Positions 22,334-32,255 of a stretch of DNA of 64,000 bases are shown here, piece after piece. A program made the translations under genes and the position numbers. Location of the stretch: contig CAWCXJ010000006.1 in NCBI GenBank assembly GCA_963799485.1, positions 1-64,000 on the forward strand. The letters are read 5' to 3'. How positions within the stretch are numbered: position 1 is the first letter of the stretch; every line of letters begins with the position of its first letter. Origin of the DNA: an uncultured Trueperaceae bacterium. GTDB lineage: Bacteria > Deinococcota > Deinococci > Deinococcales > Trueperaceae. The notes under the pieces are model-generated. The model was not told the origin of the DNA and ran no database searches. It saw only the letters and a list, made by a program, of their open reading frames with translations.

Positions 22334-24166
22334 GTGCCGAGCGACGCCAAAGAACGTATCCGCGAACGCCTAGACATCGCCGAGGTCGTCGGTGAGGTCG
22401 TGGCGCTCAAAAGTGCGGGCAAAGGGCGGCTCAAGGGTTTGTGCCCGTTTCACGGCGAGAAAACCCCGTCGTTTCACGTGCTGCAAGACCGGGGCTTTTT
22501 TTACTGCTTCGGCTGTCAGGCCAAGGGTGACGTGTTCGATTTCGTGATGCGGACGCAGGGCGTCGAGTTCGGCGAAGCGCTGCAAGTCTTGGGGCAGCGG
22601 GCCGGGATCGAAGTTACGCCGAGTACGCCCAAAGACCTGCACAAGCGCGATCTGTACGAGGTCAACAAGCTGGCTTTGGAGTTTTTCAAGTCGCACCTGC
22701 CGGGGACGGCTGAAAACTATCTGTTGGGGCGCCACCTCACCGAAGAGAGCATCGCAGCGTTCGACCTGGGTTTTGCGCCTGAGAGCTGGGATGAACTCCT
22801 CAAATACGCGCTCACCAAAGGTATCAAAGACACCGAACTGTTGCGGGCCGGACTGTTGGCCGAAGCCGAGTCAGGGCGGCGTTACGACCGCTTCCGCAAC
22901 CGGGTGATGTTTCCCATTAAGGATTTTCTGGGCCGCGTGGTCGGGTTTTCCGGGCGCGTTTTGGACGACAGCCTGCCCAAGTACATGAACACGCCCGAAA
23001 CCGACGTGTTCCGCAAAGGCGAACTGCTCTACGGTCTAGATACAGCGAAGCACACCATCCGTGCAACCGGAGAATGTCTCGTCGTTGAAGGCTACATGGA
23101 CGTGATTGCGCTCCATCAGACCGGGTTTAGCAACGCGGTCGCGGCGCTCGGGGCAACCCTCACAGCGGAGCAAGCGGTACAGCTTTCACGCCTCGAGGTG
23201 CAAAAGCTCTACCTCGCCTTCGACGCCGACGAGGCGGGGCAGCGGGCGGTGCTGTCTGGCCTCGAGCAGTCCGTAGGCCGTCAGTTCCTGGTCAAAGCGG
23301 TGCGCGTCCCGCACGGCAAAGACCCGGCGGACGCGGTGTTGGGCGGCTACATCGAGGCGTTTCAGCAGGCGCTAGGTGCTGGGCTCTCCGAAGTCACCTT
23401 TCGCTTTCGCAGCGTTTTAGCCAAGCACGACGCGGGGAGCCTCGAGGGCAAAAAGAACATCTTGCAAGAACTCTTGCCCGCACTCCGCCCGCGTGACGTG
23501 TTCGATCCGGTAGCGAGCGAGATGCGCCGCCTGGTCATCGACGAACTTAAAATCGAAGGGCCACGCCTCGACGAGTGGGTGAGTTCTAAAACCAAACGGG
23601 CGCTCAACACCACGCAGCTTCGGGGGATGCAGCGGCCCCAAACAGGCGGCTCGCAGGTGGCGGTCATCGAACTCGAGCTTATCGCCCTCTTGTTACTCGA
23701 GCCGCACAAACTGGAAGAGCGCCTGTTGAGCGTTTCAGCGGCGCTCCCGAGCGAAGGGTCTGATTCACTCTTGCTCGAGTTCACAGACATCTGCCACGCC
23801 TGCGCCTTCGACGACCGCGCGATTCTCCGCAGATACCGGGAACGTGACGAAGGCCGCGTCTTGTTCGAGCGGCTTTTGACCCAGCAGCAGACCGAAGAGC
23901 ATCACATCGACGTCGACGCGAATCTGAACAAGTCTCTCTCACGCCTCCGCGAACTCTACCTGAGCGGTGAAAAAGAAGGCCAGCGCAAACGGCTTTTGGA
24001 GCGGATGCACGAGGTCTCGTCGTACCTGACCGACCCGAACTTGCCGACCGACAAGTTGCAGCACTACTACGCCGAACTCAAAGAGATTAACGCCATGCTC
24101 GCCGCCCGCGACGCCGAACGCCGGACGCGCGTTCCGGCGGGCTACGCCAACCGTAAACGCCGCTAA
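22334..24166 (+). CDS. dnaG: DNA primase
   Basis: CHC2 zinc finger CPFHGEKTPSF...CFGC, DRFRNRVMFPI, KYMNTPET, VEGYMDV, FDADEAG. Confidence 0.97.
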   Translation: MPSDAKERIRERLDIAEVVGEVVALKSAGKGRLKGLCPFHGEKTPSFHVLQDRGFFYCFGCQAKGDVFDFVMRTQGVEFGEALQVLGQRAGIEVTPSTPKDLHKRDLYEVNKLALEFFKSHLPGTAENYLLGRHLTEESIAAFDLGFAPESWDELLKYALTKGIKDTELLRAGLLAEAESGRRYDRFRNRVMFPIKDFLGRVVGFSGRVLDDSLPKYMNTPETDVFRKGELLYGLDTAKHTIRATGECLVVEGYMDVIALHQTGFSNAVAALGATLTAEQAVQLSRLEVQKLYLAFDADEAGQRAVLSGLEQSVGRQFLVKAVRVPHGKDPADAVLGGYIEAFQQALGAGLSEVTFRFRSVLAKHDAGSLEGKKNILQELLPALRPRDVFDPVASEMRRLVIDELKIEGPRLDEWVSSKTKRALNTTQLRGMQRPQTGGSQVAVIELELIALLLLEPHKLEERLLSVSAALPSEGSDSLLLEFTDICHACAFDDRAILRRYRERDEGRVLFERLLTQQQTEEHHIDVDANLNKSLSRLRELYLSGEKEGQRKRLLERMHEVSSYLTDPNLPTDKLQHYYAELKEINAMLAARDAERRTRVPAGYANRKRR

Positions 24167-24199
24167 CATCCAGCCGGCAAAACGTCTACACTGACCTCT

Positions 24200-24775
24200 A
24201 TGACTGCGCTGAAACTTTTGGAAACCATCCCGGTTGAGGAATACCTCGAGGGTGAAAAAGCTTCGCCCGTAAAACACGAGTATGTTCACGGGCGGGTCTT
24301 CGCGCTCGCCGGAACCAGCGACGTTCACAACCGCATCAGCATCAATCTGGTCGTCGGTCTAGACGCAGCCAGTACGGAGAAAGGCTGTCAGCTCTTTACG
24401 ACCGACCTGAAGCTGAGCATCTTCGGTGAACGCTACTACTACCCCGACCTGATGGTGACGTGTGAGCCTGACGGCGACCCGTACATCAAAGAAAAACCGT
24501 GTCTAATTGTCGAAATATTGTCTCGTTCAACGGCAAACACCGACCGCCGTGAAAAGGTAGACGCCTACTTGAGCCTGCCGACTTTACAGTCTTACATCCT
24601 GGTGGATTCGCAGATGAAACGGGTTGAAGCTTTCACCCGGACACCTGAAGGCTGGCGTGAAGAGAGTTGGCAGGGAAGCGGCGACGTACCCTTCGCTTGC
24701 CTGGACACCTCGCTCAACTTCGACGCCATCTACCGGGGTTTGGACGTGCCGGAATATCTCGAGCCTTTAGGGTAG
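24200..24775 (+). CDS. Uma2 family endonuclease (DUF820)
   Basis: EYLEGE...KHEYVHG...AG...HN, YPDLMV, IVEILSRST...DRREK. Confidence 0.9.
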   Translation: MTALKLLETIPVEEYLEGEKASPVKHEYVHGRVFALAGTSDVHNRISINLVVGLDAASTEKGCQLFTTDLKLSIFGERYYYPDLMVTCEPDGDPYIKEKPCLIVEILSRSTANTDRREKVDAYLSLPTLQSYILVDSQMKRVEAFTRTPEGWREESWQGSGDVPFACLDTSLNFDAIYRGLDVPEYLEPLG

Positions 24776-24850
24776 ACTTCAGAAAAGCAGCTGGTAACAC
24801 GTGGCGAGTGATTTTCGACTTGCCGTGACTTGCGCTTATGGAGGTAACAC

Positions 24851-26054
24851 ATGAAAATTACTGTGCTGACCAACGAATATCCGCCGCACATTTACGGCGG
24901 CGCGGGCGTCCACGTCGAGTACCTGACCAAAGAGCTGGTCAAGCTGAGCCCCGGCGAAATTGACGTTTTCGCGTTTGGCGACCAGGACGTTCACGAGGGT
25001 TCACTGCACGTCGAGGGTGTCGAACCCGAAACCAAGTTGGAGGCCCAAGACCCGCGTCACGCCAAAGTTTTGGACACGCTGCAACGCGACCTCATCATGG
25101 CGGGCAAAGCCGGGGCGAGCGACATCGTGCATTGCCACACGTGGTACACGCATTTTGCGGGCTGCCTGGTGCAGCAGTTGCAAGGGGCCAAACTCGTCTT
25201 GACGACGCACTCGTTGGAGCCGCACCGCCCCTGGAAAGTCGAACAACTCGGCAGCGCATATCACGTGAGCAGTTGGGTAGAGAAAACCGCCTTCCAAAAC
25301 GCCGACGGCGTAATTGCGGTGTCGCAGTCGATGAAGCGCGATGTGCATGAGCTTTACGGCGTACCCGAAGAAAAAATCGCGGTGATTCCCAACGGTATCG
25401 ACCTAGACGAATACCAGCCGACCTTCGACGAGGCGGTGCTGAAACACTACGGTATCGACCCGTCCCGGCCTTTTGTGCTGTTTGTCGGACGTATCACCCG
25501 GCAAAAAGGCATTTTGCACCTCGCCAACGCGCTCAAGTACCTGCCGAACGATACGCAGGTGGTGCTCTGCGCGGGCGCACCCGACACGCCTGAAATCGGT
25601 GAGGAGATGAAAGGCCGGGTCAAAGCGGCGCACGAAGCCGGGGCCGAACGGGTTATCTGGTTGCAGGAGATGGTGCCGCGTCGAAGACATCATCAAGCTC
25701 TACAGCCATGCGGCGCTGTTTGTGTGCCCGTCGGTGTATGAACCCTTTGGGATTATCAACTTGGAGGCGATGGCGTGCGAGACGCCGGTGGTGGCCTCGG
25801 CGGTCGGCGGCATCCCGGAAATCGTCGTACCCGGTGAGACGGGAACGCTCGTCTCGTTTGACGTGGGCGACGACTTCGAACCCGAAGACCCGGACAAGTT
25901 CGCGCATGATTTGGCCGACGCCATTCAAGAGTTGCTAGCCGACCCGGCGCAGCTTGAAAAGATGGGCAAAGCGTCTAGGGCGCGGGTCGAAGAGAAGTTC
26001 AGCTGGAAGGCGGTGGCGGAGGAGACGCTGACGTTTTATCGGTCGCTGCTCTAG
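24851..26054 (+). pseudogene. glgA: GT4 glycogen synthase/GlgM-type glycosyltransferase, one frameshift near 25678-25682 (possibly assembly error)
   Basis: TNEYPPHIYGGAGVHV, HCHTWY, HSLEPHRPWK, FVGRITRQKG; second frame CPSVYEPFGIINLEAMAC. Confidence 0.88.
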
Positions 26055-27663
26055 CTTTGCCCCGGTAGTAGCGCCTGTCGCGGAGCGAGTGGGCTGCCCG
26101 CCGTAAAACCGTACAGTCGGACTGGCTTAAACCAAGCTGTCCCCGTAAAAACACCCGGTCGGCTAAGTTTTGAGCCTCGTCAATCTTGCCCTGCCGTAAA
26201 AGTGCGTCTAGTTCAGCCTCGAGCCCCCCAAACTCGCCTTCCGGCGCGGCTATCAGCACCCGCCGCGCTTCGCCGGGCTCGAGCTTGAGCATCCCGCCGC
26301 CCAGAGCGTGACCTTCTAGTTCAACGCTTAAACTCGTCAGCGAAGTCTGCCAAAATGCCGCCAGGGCTCTCGCCGGAACCGTCACGTCGGGCCGAAAACG
26401 AACGACGTGCAGCGTATTCGGTGCAGCGGCTCCGGCGTCGTTCGCCACGAGTTGCGGTCTGAGCCCGCTCATATAGGTGAGAAACGCGTCCGGCGTGTAG
26501 ACGTGCGGGACGCGGTACCAGGGGGTTCGGACACGGCACTTGTACGCTTGCGGGACGCCCCCGGCTTCGCCTTGCTTCAGGTAAGTCTCGAGTCCCTTGG
26601 TCAGTACGTCGCCTGTGACGTTGAGGAGATACCCTGCATTTTTTGCTTCTGAAACCTTCCAGTCGGTTTCGGTAAACGCCAATCCGGTAAGTGCTGCACC
26701 ACGAAACACGGCGCGTTTGAGGTGTTCGTCGGAAAGTCCTAGTTCGGCCCCGCAAGCCGGACTCAGGTGAAAAAAGCTGTTCGCACCCGTAACGTAGCCG
26801 ATACCCACGTCGGCTAACGTGCCGAGTTTTGAAACTTGTGGATGCTCTAATAGCTTTTTGTACAACGCCCTCGCTTCGGGCGGTAAAAGCTGCATGATGA
26901 GCTTCTCCTGTCCACCGGCGAGCGCCGTAAAAGCTAGTTCGGTCGCATTTTGCAAAATCTTGTCTACGGGCTGAGCGAGCGTTTCACCTTTGTCCAGGTC
27001 GCGCCAGAAAAGGCTGTTTGAAACGCCACCTTTAGCTTCTGCCAGCAGCAGCAGCGTGTCCTGGCTGATGTCCGGGAAAAGCCGCTCCTTAAAGCTCAGC
27101 AGGGTAACGCACCCAAACGTTTGCGTGAGGTGCTCCAAAACAGGCCGCGCGTAAGCTGCGTGCGCCAGCTCCGCCGGAACGACCATTCCGAGTCGCCCGC
27201 CGGGTTTGAGAAACGCTGCGCTACAAACGACAAACGCAGCCCACGAACTTGCACGTTTAGTCAGCGTGACGCCCTGCGCTTTGGCCCGTGACGAGGCCAA
27301 GGTGCTGTTAAAACTTTGATAGCGGATAAAGGGGGGATTGCCGACAACGGCGTCCAAAGGGGGTAAACTACCGAGTGCTACCGTAAAAAAGTCAGACTTG
27401 ATGAGATTATCCGGTGAGATGCTTGTCAGCTCTTCGGAGACTCAAGCATGAACCTCGCCGTCCAATTCAACGCCGTAAACCTGCCGCTCGTCCCCGCCGA
27501 GGTCGCGTAAACGCGCCGCCGCCGCCGCTAGAAAAACACCACCGCCGAAACTCGGGTCTAAAACGGTTTCTCCCGGTTCACGCACCGCCCACCGCACTAA
27601 AAAGTCGGCAACCACCGCGTCCGTGTAGAACGCGCCGAACGCCTTGGCCCGCCCTGAGTCCAC
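25999..27663 (-). pseudogene. N6-adenine DNA methyltransferase, MamA(Rv3263)-like, orphan; single in-frame TGA at 27442-27444
   Basis: GAFYT, LDPSFGGGVF, GVEL, then after the stop in the same frame DFF...GNPPFIRY, VVPAEL, DVGIGYVTGANSFF, AYKCRVRTPW, GGGMLKLEP, LRDRR. No restriction endonuclease adjacent. Confidence 0.85.
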
Positions 27664-27682
27664 CTACGAATCCACGCCGGCC

Positions 27683-28342
27683 TCAGACGCCTAAGATAAC
27701 CTGCATCAATAGGGCCGTCACCCAGTTGATGAGGCCAAACACCTGCGCCCGAAACAGCACCAGCACCCCGATGACGAGTAGAAAACCGTAACGCTCGAGG
27801 TTCCACATTACCCGCTGCATACTGTCCGGCAAAAACGCCTGCAAGATTTTCGACCCGTCCAAAGGCGGAACCGGCAGCAGGTTGAAAACAGCCAGCAGGA
27901 TGTTGATTTGCGCCGCGACGAAGAGCCCGTAACGCAGCGAATCGCCGCCGCCGTTTGCACCCGGAAAGATGTCCCGCAAATTGCTCAGCGTCGTGCCGAG
28001 CGCCGCCAACGTCACGAGCGCAAGCACGGCTATCGTGAGGTTGACCAAAATTCCGGCGATGGATACCCAGAACATCCCGACCCGGTAGTTGCGAAAGTTG
28101 CCGGGTTGAATCGGGACGGGTTTGGCCCACCCAAAACCCACCGTCAGCAGCAAGAGCGTACCGATAAGGTCCAGGTGCTTGATAGGATTGAGCGTCACGC
28201 GGCCCAGGTTACGGGCGGTTTTGTCGCCCATTTTGTCCGCGACCCACGCGTGCCCGAGTTCGTGGAGCGCCAGACTGTAGAGCAGCACCACCGCGACAAT
28301 CGCAAAAGTCAGGGGCGCAGTTTGTAAAAGCTGTAAGAGCAT
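27683..28342 (-). CDS. Site-2 protease family (M50) metalloprotease
   Basis: HELGH, TLNPIKHLD, GWAKPVP, FNLLPVPPLDG. Confidence 0.92.
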   Translation of the reverse strand: MLLQLLQTAPLTFAIVAVVLLYSLALHELGHAWVADKMGDKTARNLGRVTLNPIKHLDLIGTLLLLTVGFGWAKPVPIQPGNFRNYRVGMFWVSIAGILVNLTIAVLALVTLAALGTTLSNLRDIFPGANGGGDSLRYGLFVAAQINILLAVFNLLPVPPLDGSKILQAFLPDSMQRVMWNLERYGFLLVIGVLVLFRAQVFGLINWVTALLMQVILGV

Positions 28343-28984
28343 CTAAAGGCCGGGAATCAGGCCGATGAGCGCGCGGATAATCCCTAAAAACAGGCTCTGC
28401 AGTGCGCCGGTTACGCCCAAATAACTCAGCGCAAAAAAGAACACGATAAAGCCCAATACGCCGAAAGAGGCGATCTGCTGGACAAAGCGGCGCACACTGG
28501 GGTTACCTGCGGCGAGCGCACCTTTGGCTCCGTCTAGCGGAAAGACCGGGAAGAGGTTGATAACCGCGTGTAAAACAGCGGTACTCGCAGCCAAAAAAAA
28601 TGAACGCGCCAAGATCGGGCTGCCGGCAGACGCAAAAATAGCGCCGACGAGCGTAGACACAAAGGCCACGATCAGATACGCGAGCGGCCCGCTGTACCAT
28701 ACCAGAGCCTCTTGTTGCCCACGCCCGCGGTAGTTACGGCTGTTGGTAGGGATAGACTGTGGCCAGCCGAAACCGAGCAAAAAGAGAAATATCACCCCGG
28801 TAGGGTCGAGCTGCCGCTGCAAGTCAAAGCTCATATAACCGGCAAAACGCGGGTTGGCGTCGCCGTAACGCGAAGCGACGTAAGCCTGAAAAACATTGTG
28901 AAATACCAGTGCCACGATCATCACTAGCGCTACGATGATGAGGTCGGTGGTGTTGTAAAAACCTTGAATATAGTTGACAATCAT
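28343..28984 (-). CDS. Site-2 protease-like membrane protein with degenerate zinc motif
   Basis: Aligns with the neighbour (LGFGW, NLFPVFPLDG) but has HNVFQ instead of HExxH. Confidence 0.8.
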   Translation of the reverse strand: MIVNYIQGFYNTTDLIIVALVMIVALVFHNVFQAYVASRYGDANPRFAGYMSFDLQRQLDPTGVIFLFLLGFGWPQSIPTNSRNYRGRGQQEALVWYSGPLAYLIVAFVSTLVGAIFASAGSPILARSFFLAASTAVLHAVINLFPVFPLDGAKGALAAGNPSVRRFVQQIASFGVLGFIVFFFALSYLGVTGALQSLFLGIIRALIGLIPGL

Positions 28985-28999
28985 GCCCGCTCCTGCTTG

Positions 29000-30133
29000 C
29001 TAGGTATCGTTGACGAGCCGTTTAGCCAGCGCCAGCTCGTCAGCAAAAGACGCGACCTGTGCGTCTTGCCGAGCCCGCTCCAAAAGCGCTAAGACCCTGC
29101 CGACCTCTGGCCCCGCCGATAGTCCCAAGCTTAGCACGTCGCTCCCGCTCACCCGGTGGTAGTCGGGACTACGTGGTTTTAGAATCCGGCTTACGGCCTT
29201 TTCGGCCTCGGTTTCGCCGCTTGCCGAGTTGCCCAGTAGCCGCGCCCTCGAGCCCAAAAGCCTCTTAGGTAAACTGAAGTTTTTAACGAACAGCTCCGCT
29301 TCAGTGGGGGAAAGCCCCAGCAGCAGCGCCAGCAGATAACTCTCGGAGGGGACGTTCAGCTCGGTTTTGAGCGCGTCGAGTCGTTTGACCAGCGGTGTAT
29401 CTGTGAGGCCGTAAAGTGCCGTAAGCGCACCTGATTTCGCTAACTCCGCCACGGCAGGGGCAACTTCGGGTTCGGCAAGGGTCAAAAGCAGCTCGTTTTT
29501 AAGGCGGCTGGGACTGACCTGCCGGTAGACCTCGGCGTCTAGAGCCTGAGTCAGCGCAGTTCGGGTCGGGTCGTCGTAATGAAACTCGAGCCTGCCCGCG
29601 AGCCGCGCGCCCCGAACGATACGGGTCGGGTCGTCGAAAAAAGAACGCGCGTGCAGGACGCGCAAGGTGTGGTGCTCCAAATCGCTCGCTGCATCCTTGA
29701 CACTCAGCAGCGTGTGCGGTTCGGTGAGCTTTAGCGCAAAGGTGTTGACCGAAAAGTCGCGGCGGTAGAGGTCGTCGCCAAGCGTACTCGCCGTCACTCG
29801 AGGAAGTGCGCCGGGGCGCGTATAAACCTCGCTGCGGGCGGTTGCAAGGTCGAGCGTGAGGTCGGGCAGCGTTAGCGTACAGGTCAAAAATACGTCGTGG
29901 CAAGTGAGGTTTCCGCCGAGCCGCCGTTGCAGCGCTGCCCCCAACGTTTTGGCGGGCGTCTCGCTCACAAAGTCGAGGTCGCGGCTGGGTCGTCGCAGCA
30001 GTAAATCCCTCACCGACCCGCCGACGAGGTAGACGTGCGGGTCGGTTGCTTTTACGGCGTTCAGGACTTTCCCAAGCTCAGGGTCTAGACCCGTCAGCAG
30101 TTCAGGTACACGCTGAGTGGCAACCGCGTTCAC
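29000..30133 (-). CDS. tRNA nucleotidyltransferase (probably A-adding type)
   Basis: LVGGSVRDLLL...DLDF, ARSEVYTRPGALP, DDLYRRDFSVN, SFFDDPTRIVR. Confidence 0.88.
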   Translation of the reverse strand: MNAVATQRVPELLTGLDPELGKVLNAVKATDPHVYLVGGSVRDLLLRRPSRDLDFVSETPAKTLGAALQRRLGGNLTCHDVFLTCTLTLPDLTLDLATARSEVYTRPGALPRVTASTLGDDLYRRDFSVNTFALKLTEPHTLLSVKDAASDLEHHTLRVLHARSFFDDPTRIVRGARLAGRLEFHYDDPTRTALTQALDAEVYRQVSPSRLKNELLLTLAEPEVAPAVAELAKSGALTALYGLTDTPLVKRLDALKTELNVPSESYLLALLLGLSPTEAELFVKNFSLPKRLLGSRARLLGNSASGETEAEKAVSRILKPRSPDYHRVSGSDVLSLGLSAGPEVGRVLALLERARQDAQVASFADELALAKRLVNDT

Positions 30134-30234
30134 AACCTCAACTATAAATTTTTTAGAAAGGCGGGTGGGGTGCTTTAACGTGCGCCGGTTGGGTATGCTG
30201 GAGAGCGTGACGACTTTAGTCTTGGTAGGACGCG

Positions 30235-31167
30235 ATGATTGAATACTACCGGAGTGTGCGCGGTACTTTGGTACGTCTCGAGGCGTACCAACCGGGGTGC
30301 TGGGTCAACGTCGTCGCGCCGACGCCGGACGAACTGACCTATTTGTCGCAGCAGCCGGGCGTCCCGCTCGACTACCTGCTCTATTCGCTCGACCTAGACG
30401 AGCGCCCGCGTTTTGAACGCAACGGCGAATATGTGCTTATCGTCATGCAGACCTCGTTTCCTTTCGGTGAAGAGGCCGACGTGCCTTTCGACACGCTGCC
30501 GCTGGGCATCGTCCACACGCCGAGCGCGCTGGTAACCGTGAGCACAACGGTCAATCCGGTGCTAGAAGAGTTTAAGGCCAACCGCATCCGGGGCGTCAGT
30601 ACCGTCAAACGCAACCGCTTTACCATGCAAATTTTTTTGCGGGTCGCGCAGCGTTACCTGCTCGACCTCAGACAGATAAATAGACAAGTTGACGCGATTG
30701 AGACGAAGCTCGAGACCTCGACTCGCAACCGTGAACTGCTGGGACTTTTACGTTATGAAAAAAGCCTGGTCTACTTCAAGACCGCACTTAAAGCCAACGA
30801 GCTGATGATGGAGCGAATTCGCCGCGACCGCGTGTTCGAGATGTACCCCGACGATCACGACCTCTTTGAAGACGTGCTGATTGAAAACCTGCAGGCAATT
30901 GAAATGACCGACATCGCTACGAACATCCTGGTTTCGATGATGGGCGCGTTCGCTTCGGTGATCTCAAATAATGTCAACGCGGTTGTTAAAGTCTTAACGG
31001 TGGCGACGATTATGGTGGCGATTCCGACCCTGATTACGGGTGTTTTCGGGATGAATGTGCCGCTCCCGCTGCGGGACAAACCGTGGGCTTTTTTGCTGAT
31101 AATCAGCCTCAGCGGGCTTTTGGCGCTGGGGCTGCTCGTCTGGTTCCGCGTCAAACGGTGGCTCTAG
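30235..31167 (+). CDS. corA: CorA family Mg2+/Co2+ transporter
   Basis: C-terminal two TM helices with FGMN motif. Confidence 0.9.
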   Translation: MIEYYRSVRGTLVRLEAYQPGCWVNVVAPTPDELTYLSQQPGVPLDYLLYSLDLDERPRFERNGEYVLIVMQTSFPFGEEADVPFDTLPLGIVHTPSALVTVSTTVNPVLEEFKANRIRGVSTVKRNRFTMQIFLRVAQRYLLDLRQINRQVDAIETKLETSTRNRELLGLLRYEKSLVYFKTALKANELMMERIRRDRVFEMYPDDHDLFEDVLIENLQAIEMTDIATNILVSMMGAFASVISNNVNAVVKVLTVATIMVAIPTLITGVFGMNVPLPLRDKPWAFLLIISLSGLLALGLLVWFRVKRWL

Positions 31168-31187
31168 ATTAATGGGGCTCTAGCGCG

Positions 31188-31793
31188 GTGGGCGCGTTCT
31201 GGCAGGGTCTCGGGCTGGGCGCCGGGTTGATTATCGCTATCGGCGCACAAAATGCCTTTGTCCTCCGGCAAGGACTTAAAAAACAGCATGTCTTTTTTAC
31301 GGCGCTCGTCTGTACGCTCTGCGACGCGGCGCTGATTACTTTGGGTGTCGCAGGGTTCGGGAGCGTAGTTGCAAGCTACCCTGTGCTAACGAACCTTGCG
31401 GCGTGGGGCGGGGCTGCCTTTTTATTCGTCTACGGCTGGCGGGCATTTTTAGCAGTGTTCAAGGCGGCGGGGCTCGAGGCTGAGGGTAGCGCGACACTTT
31501 CGAGACGCGACGCCGTTTTGACGGCCCTCGCCGTAAGTTTGCTCAACCCGCACGTCTACCTCGACACGGTGGTGCTGCTCGGCGGTATCGGTGGGCAGTT
31601 CGGCGGGCAAAACCGCGTGCTTTACGGCGCAGGTGCGGTGACGGCCTCGAGCGTCTGGTTTTTTAGCCTCGCTTACGGCGCGACCCGGTTGGGGCCGCTT
31701 TTTCGCCGCCCGTTATCCTGGCGGATTCTCGACGCGGTTATCGGACTCATCATGTGGAGCATCGCCTTTTCGCTCGTCCGTGAGGTTTTATAA
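31188..31793 (+). CDS. LysE/ArgO amino acid exporter
   Basis: LIIAIGAQNAFVLRQG, LNPHVYLDT. Confidence 0.92.
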   Translation: MGAFWQGLGLGAGLIIAIGAQNAFVLRQGLKKQHVFFTALVCTLCDAALITLGVAGFGSVVASYPVLTNLAAWGGAAFLFVYGWRAFLAVFKAAGLEAEGSATLSRRDAVLTALAVSLLNPHVYLDTVVLLGGIGGQFGGQNRVLYGAGAVTASSVWFFSLAYGATRLGPLFRRPLSWRILDAVIGLIMWSIAFSLVREVL

Positions 31794-32255
31794 GTGCTCT
31801 ACGTGGCGCTCTTAGAGCCTGAAATCGCCGGCAACGTCGGCAATATCGCCCGCACCTGTGTGGCAACCGGCGCGGAGCTGCACCTCATCCGGCCTTACGG
31901 TTTTCGCCTGACCGACGAGGCGGTGCGCCGCGCCGGGATGGACTACTGGGAGGACACCAAAGTGGTGCAGCACGTTTCTTTTACGGCGTTTCAAAGTGTA
32001 TTTAGTAAAAAGTTTACGGCAGGCAGAGTATTCGCTTTTACGACGAAAGCTTCGGGCTATCATAGCAGCGCCGGTTATCAAGCCGGGGACGTGCTGCTTT
32101 TCGGGCCGGAGTCGAGGGGATTGCCCGAAAGCGTGCGTCAAAGCTGCACTCAGGTAAGAATCCCGATGCTGCCGGAGGCGCGTTCGCTCAATCTGGCGGT
32201 GAGCGTCGGGATTGGGGTGTACGAGGCGTGGCGGCAGCTGGGACACGCAGCGTAA
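31794..32255 (+). CDS. trmL: tRNA (cytidine(34)-2'-O)-methyltransferase
   Basis: PEIAGNVGNIARTC, RRAGMDYW, FGPESRGLP, RSLNLAVS. Confidence 0.93.
   Translation: MLYVALLEPEIAGNVGNIARTCVATGAELHLIRPYGFRLTDEAVRRAGMDYWEDTKVVQHVSFTAFQSVFSKKFTAGRVFAFTTKASGYHSSAGYQAGDVLLFGPESRGLPESVRQSCTQVRIPMLPEARSLNLAVSVGIGVYEAWRQLGHAA

Noticed and set aside
24200..27663. Uma2 nuclease + methyltransferase as a restriction-modification pair
   Set aside because: Opposite strands, separated by glgA; Uma2 genes are commonly solitary and multicopy.
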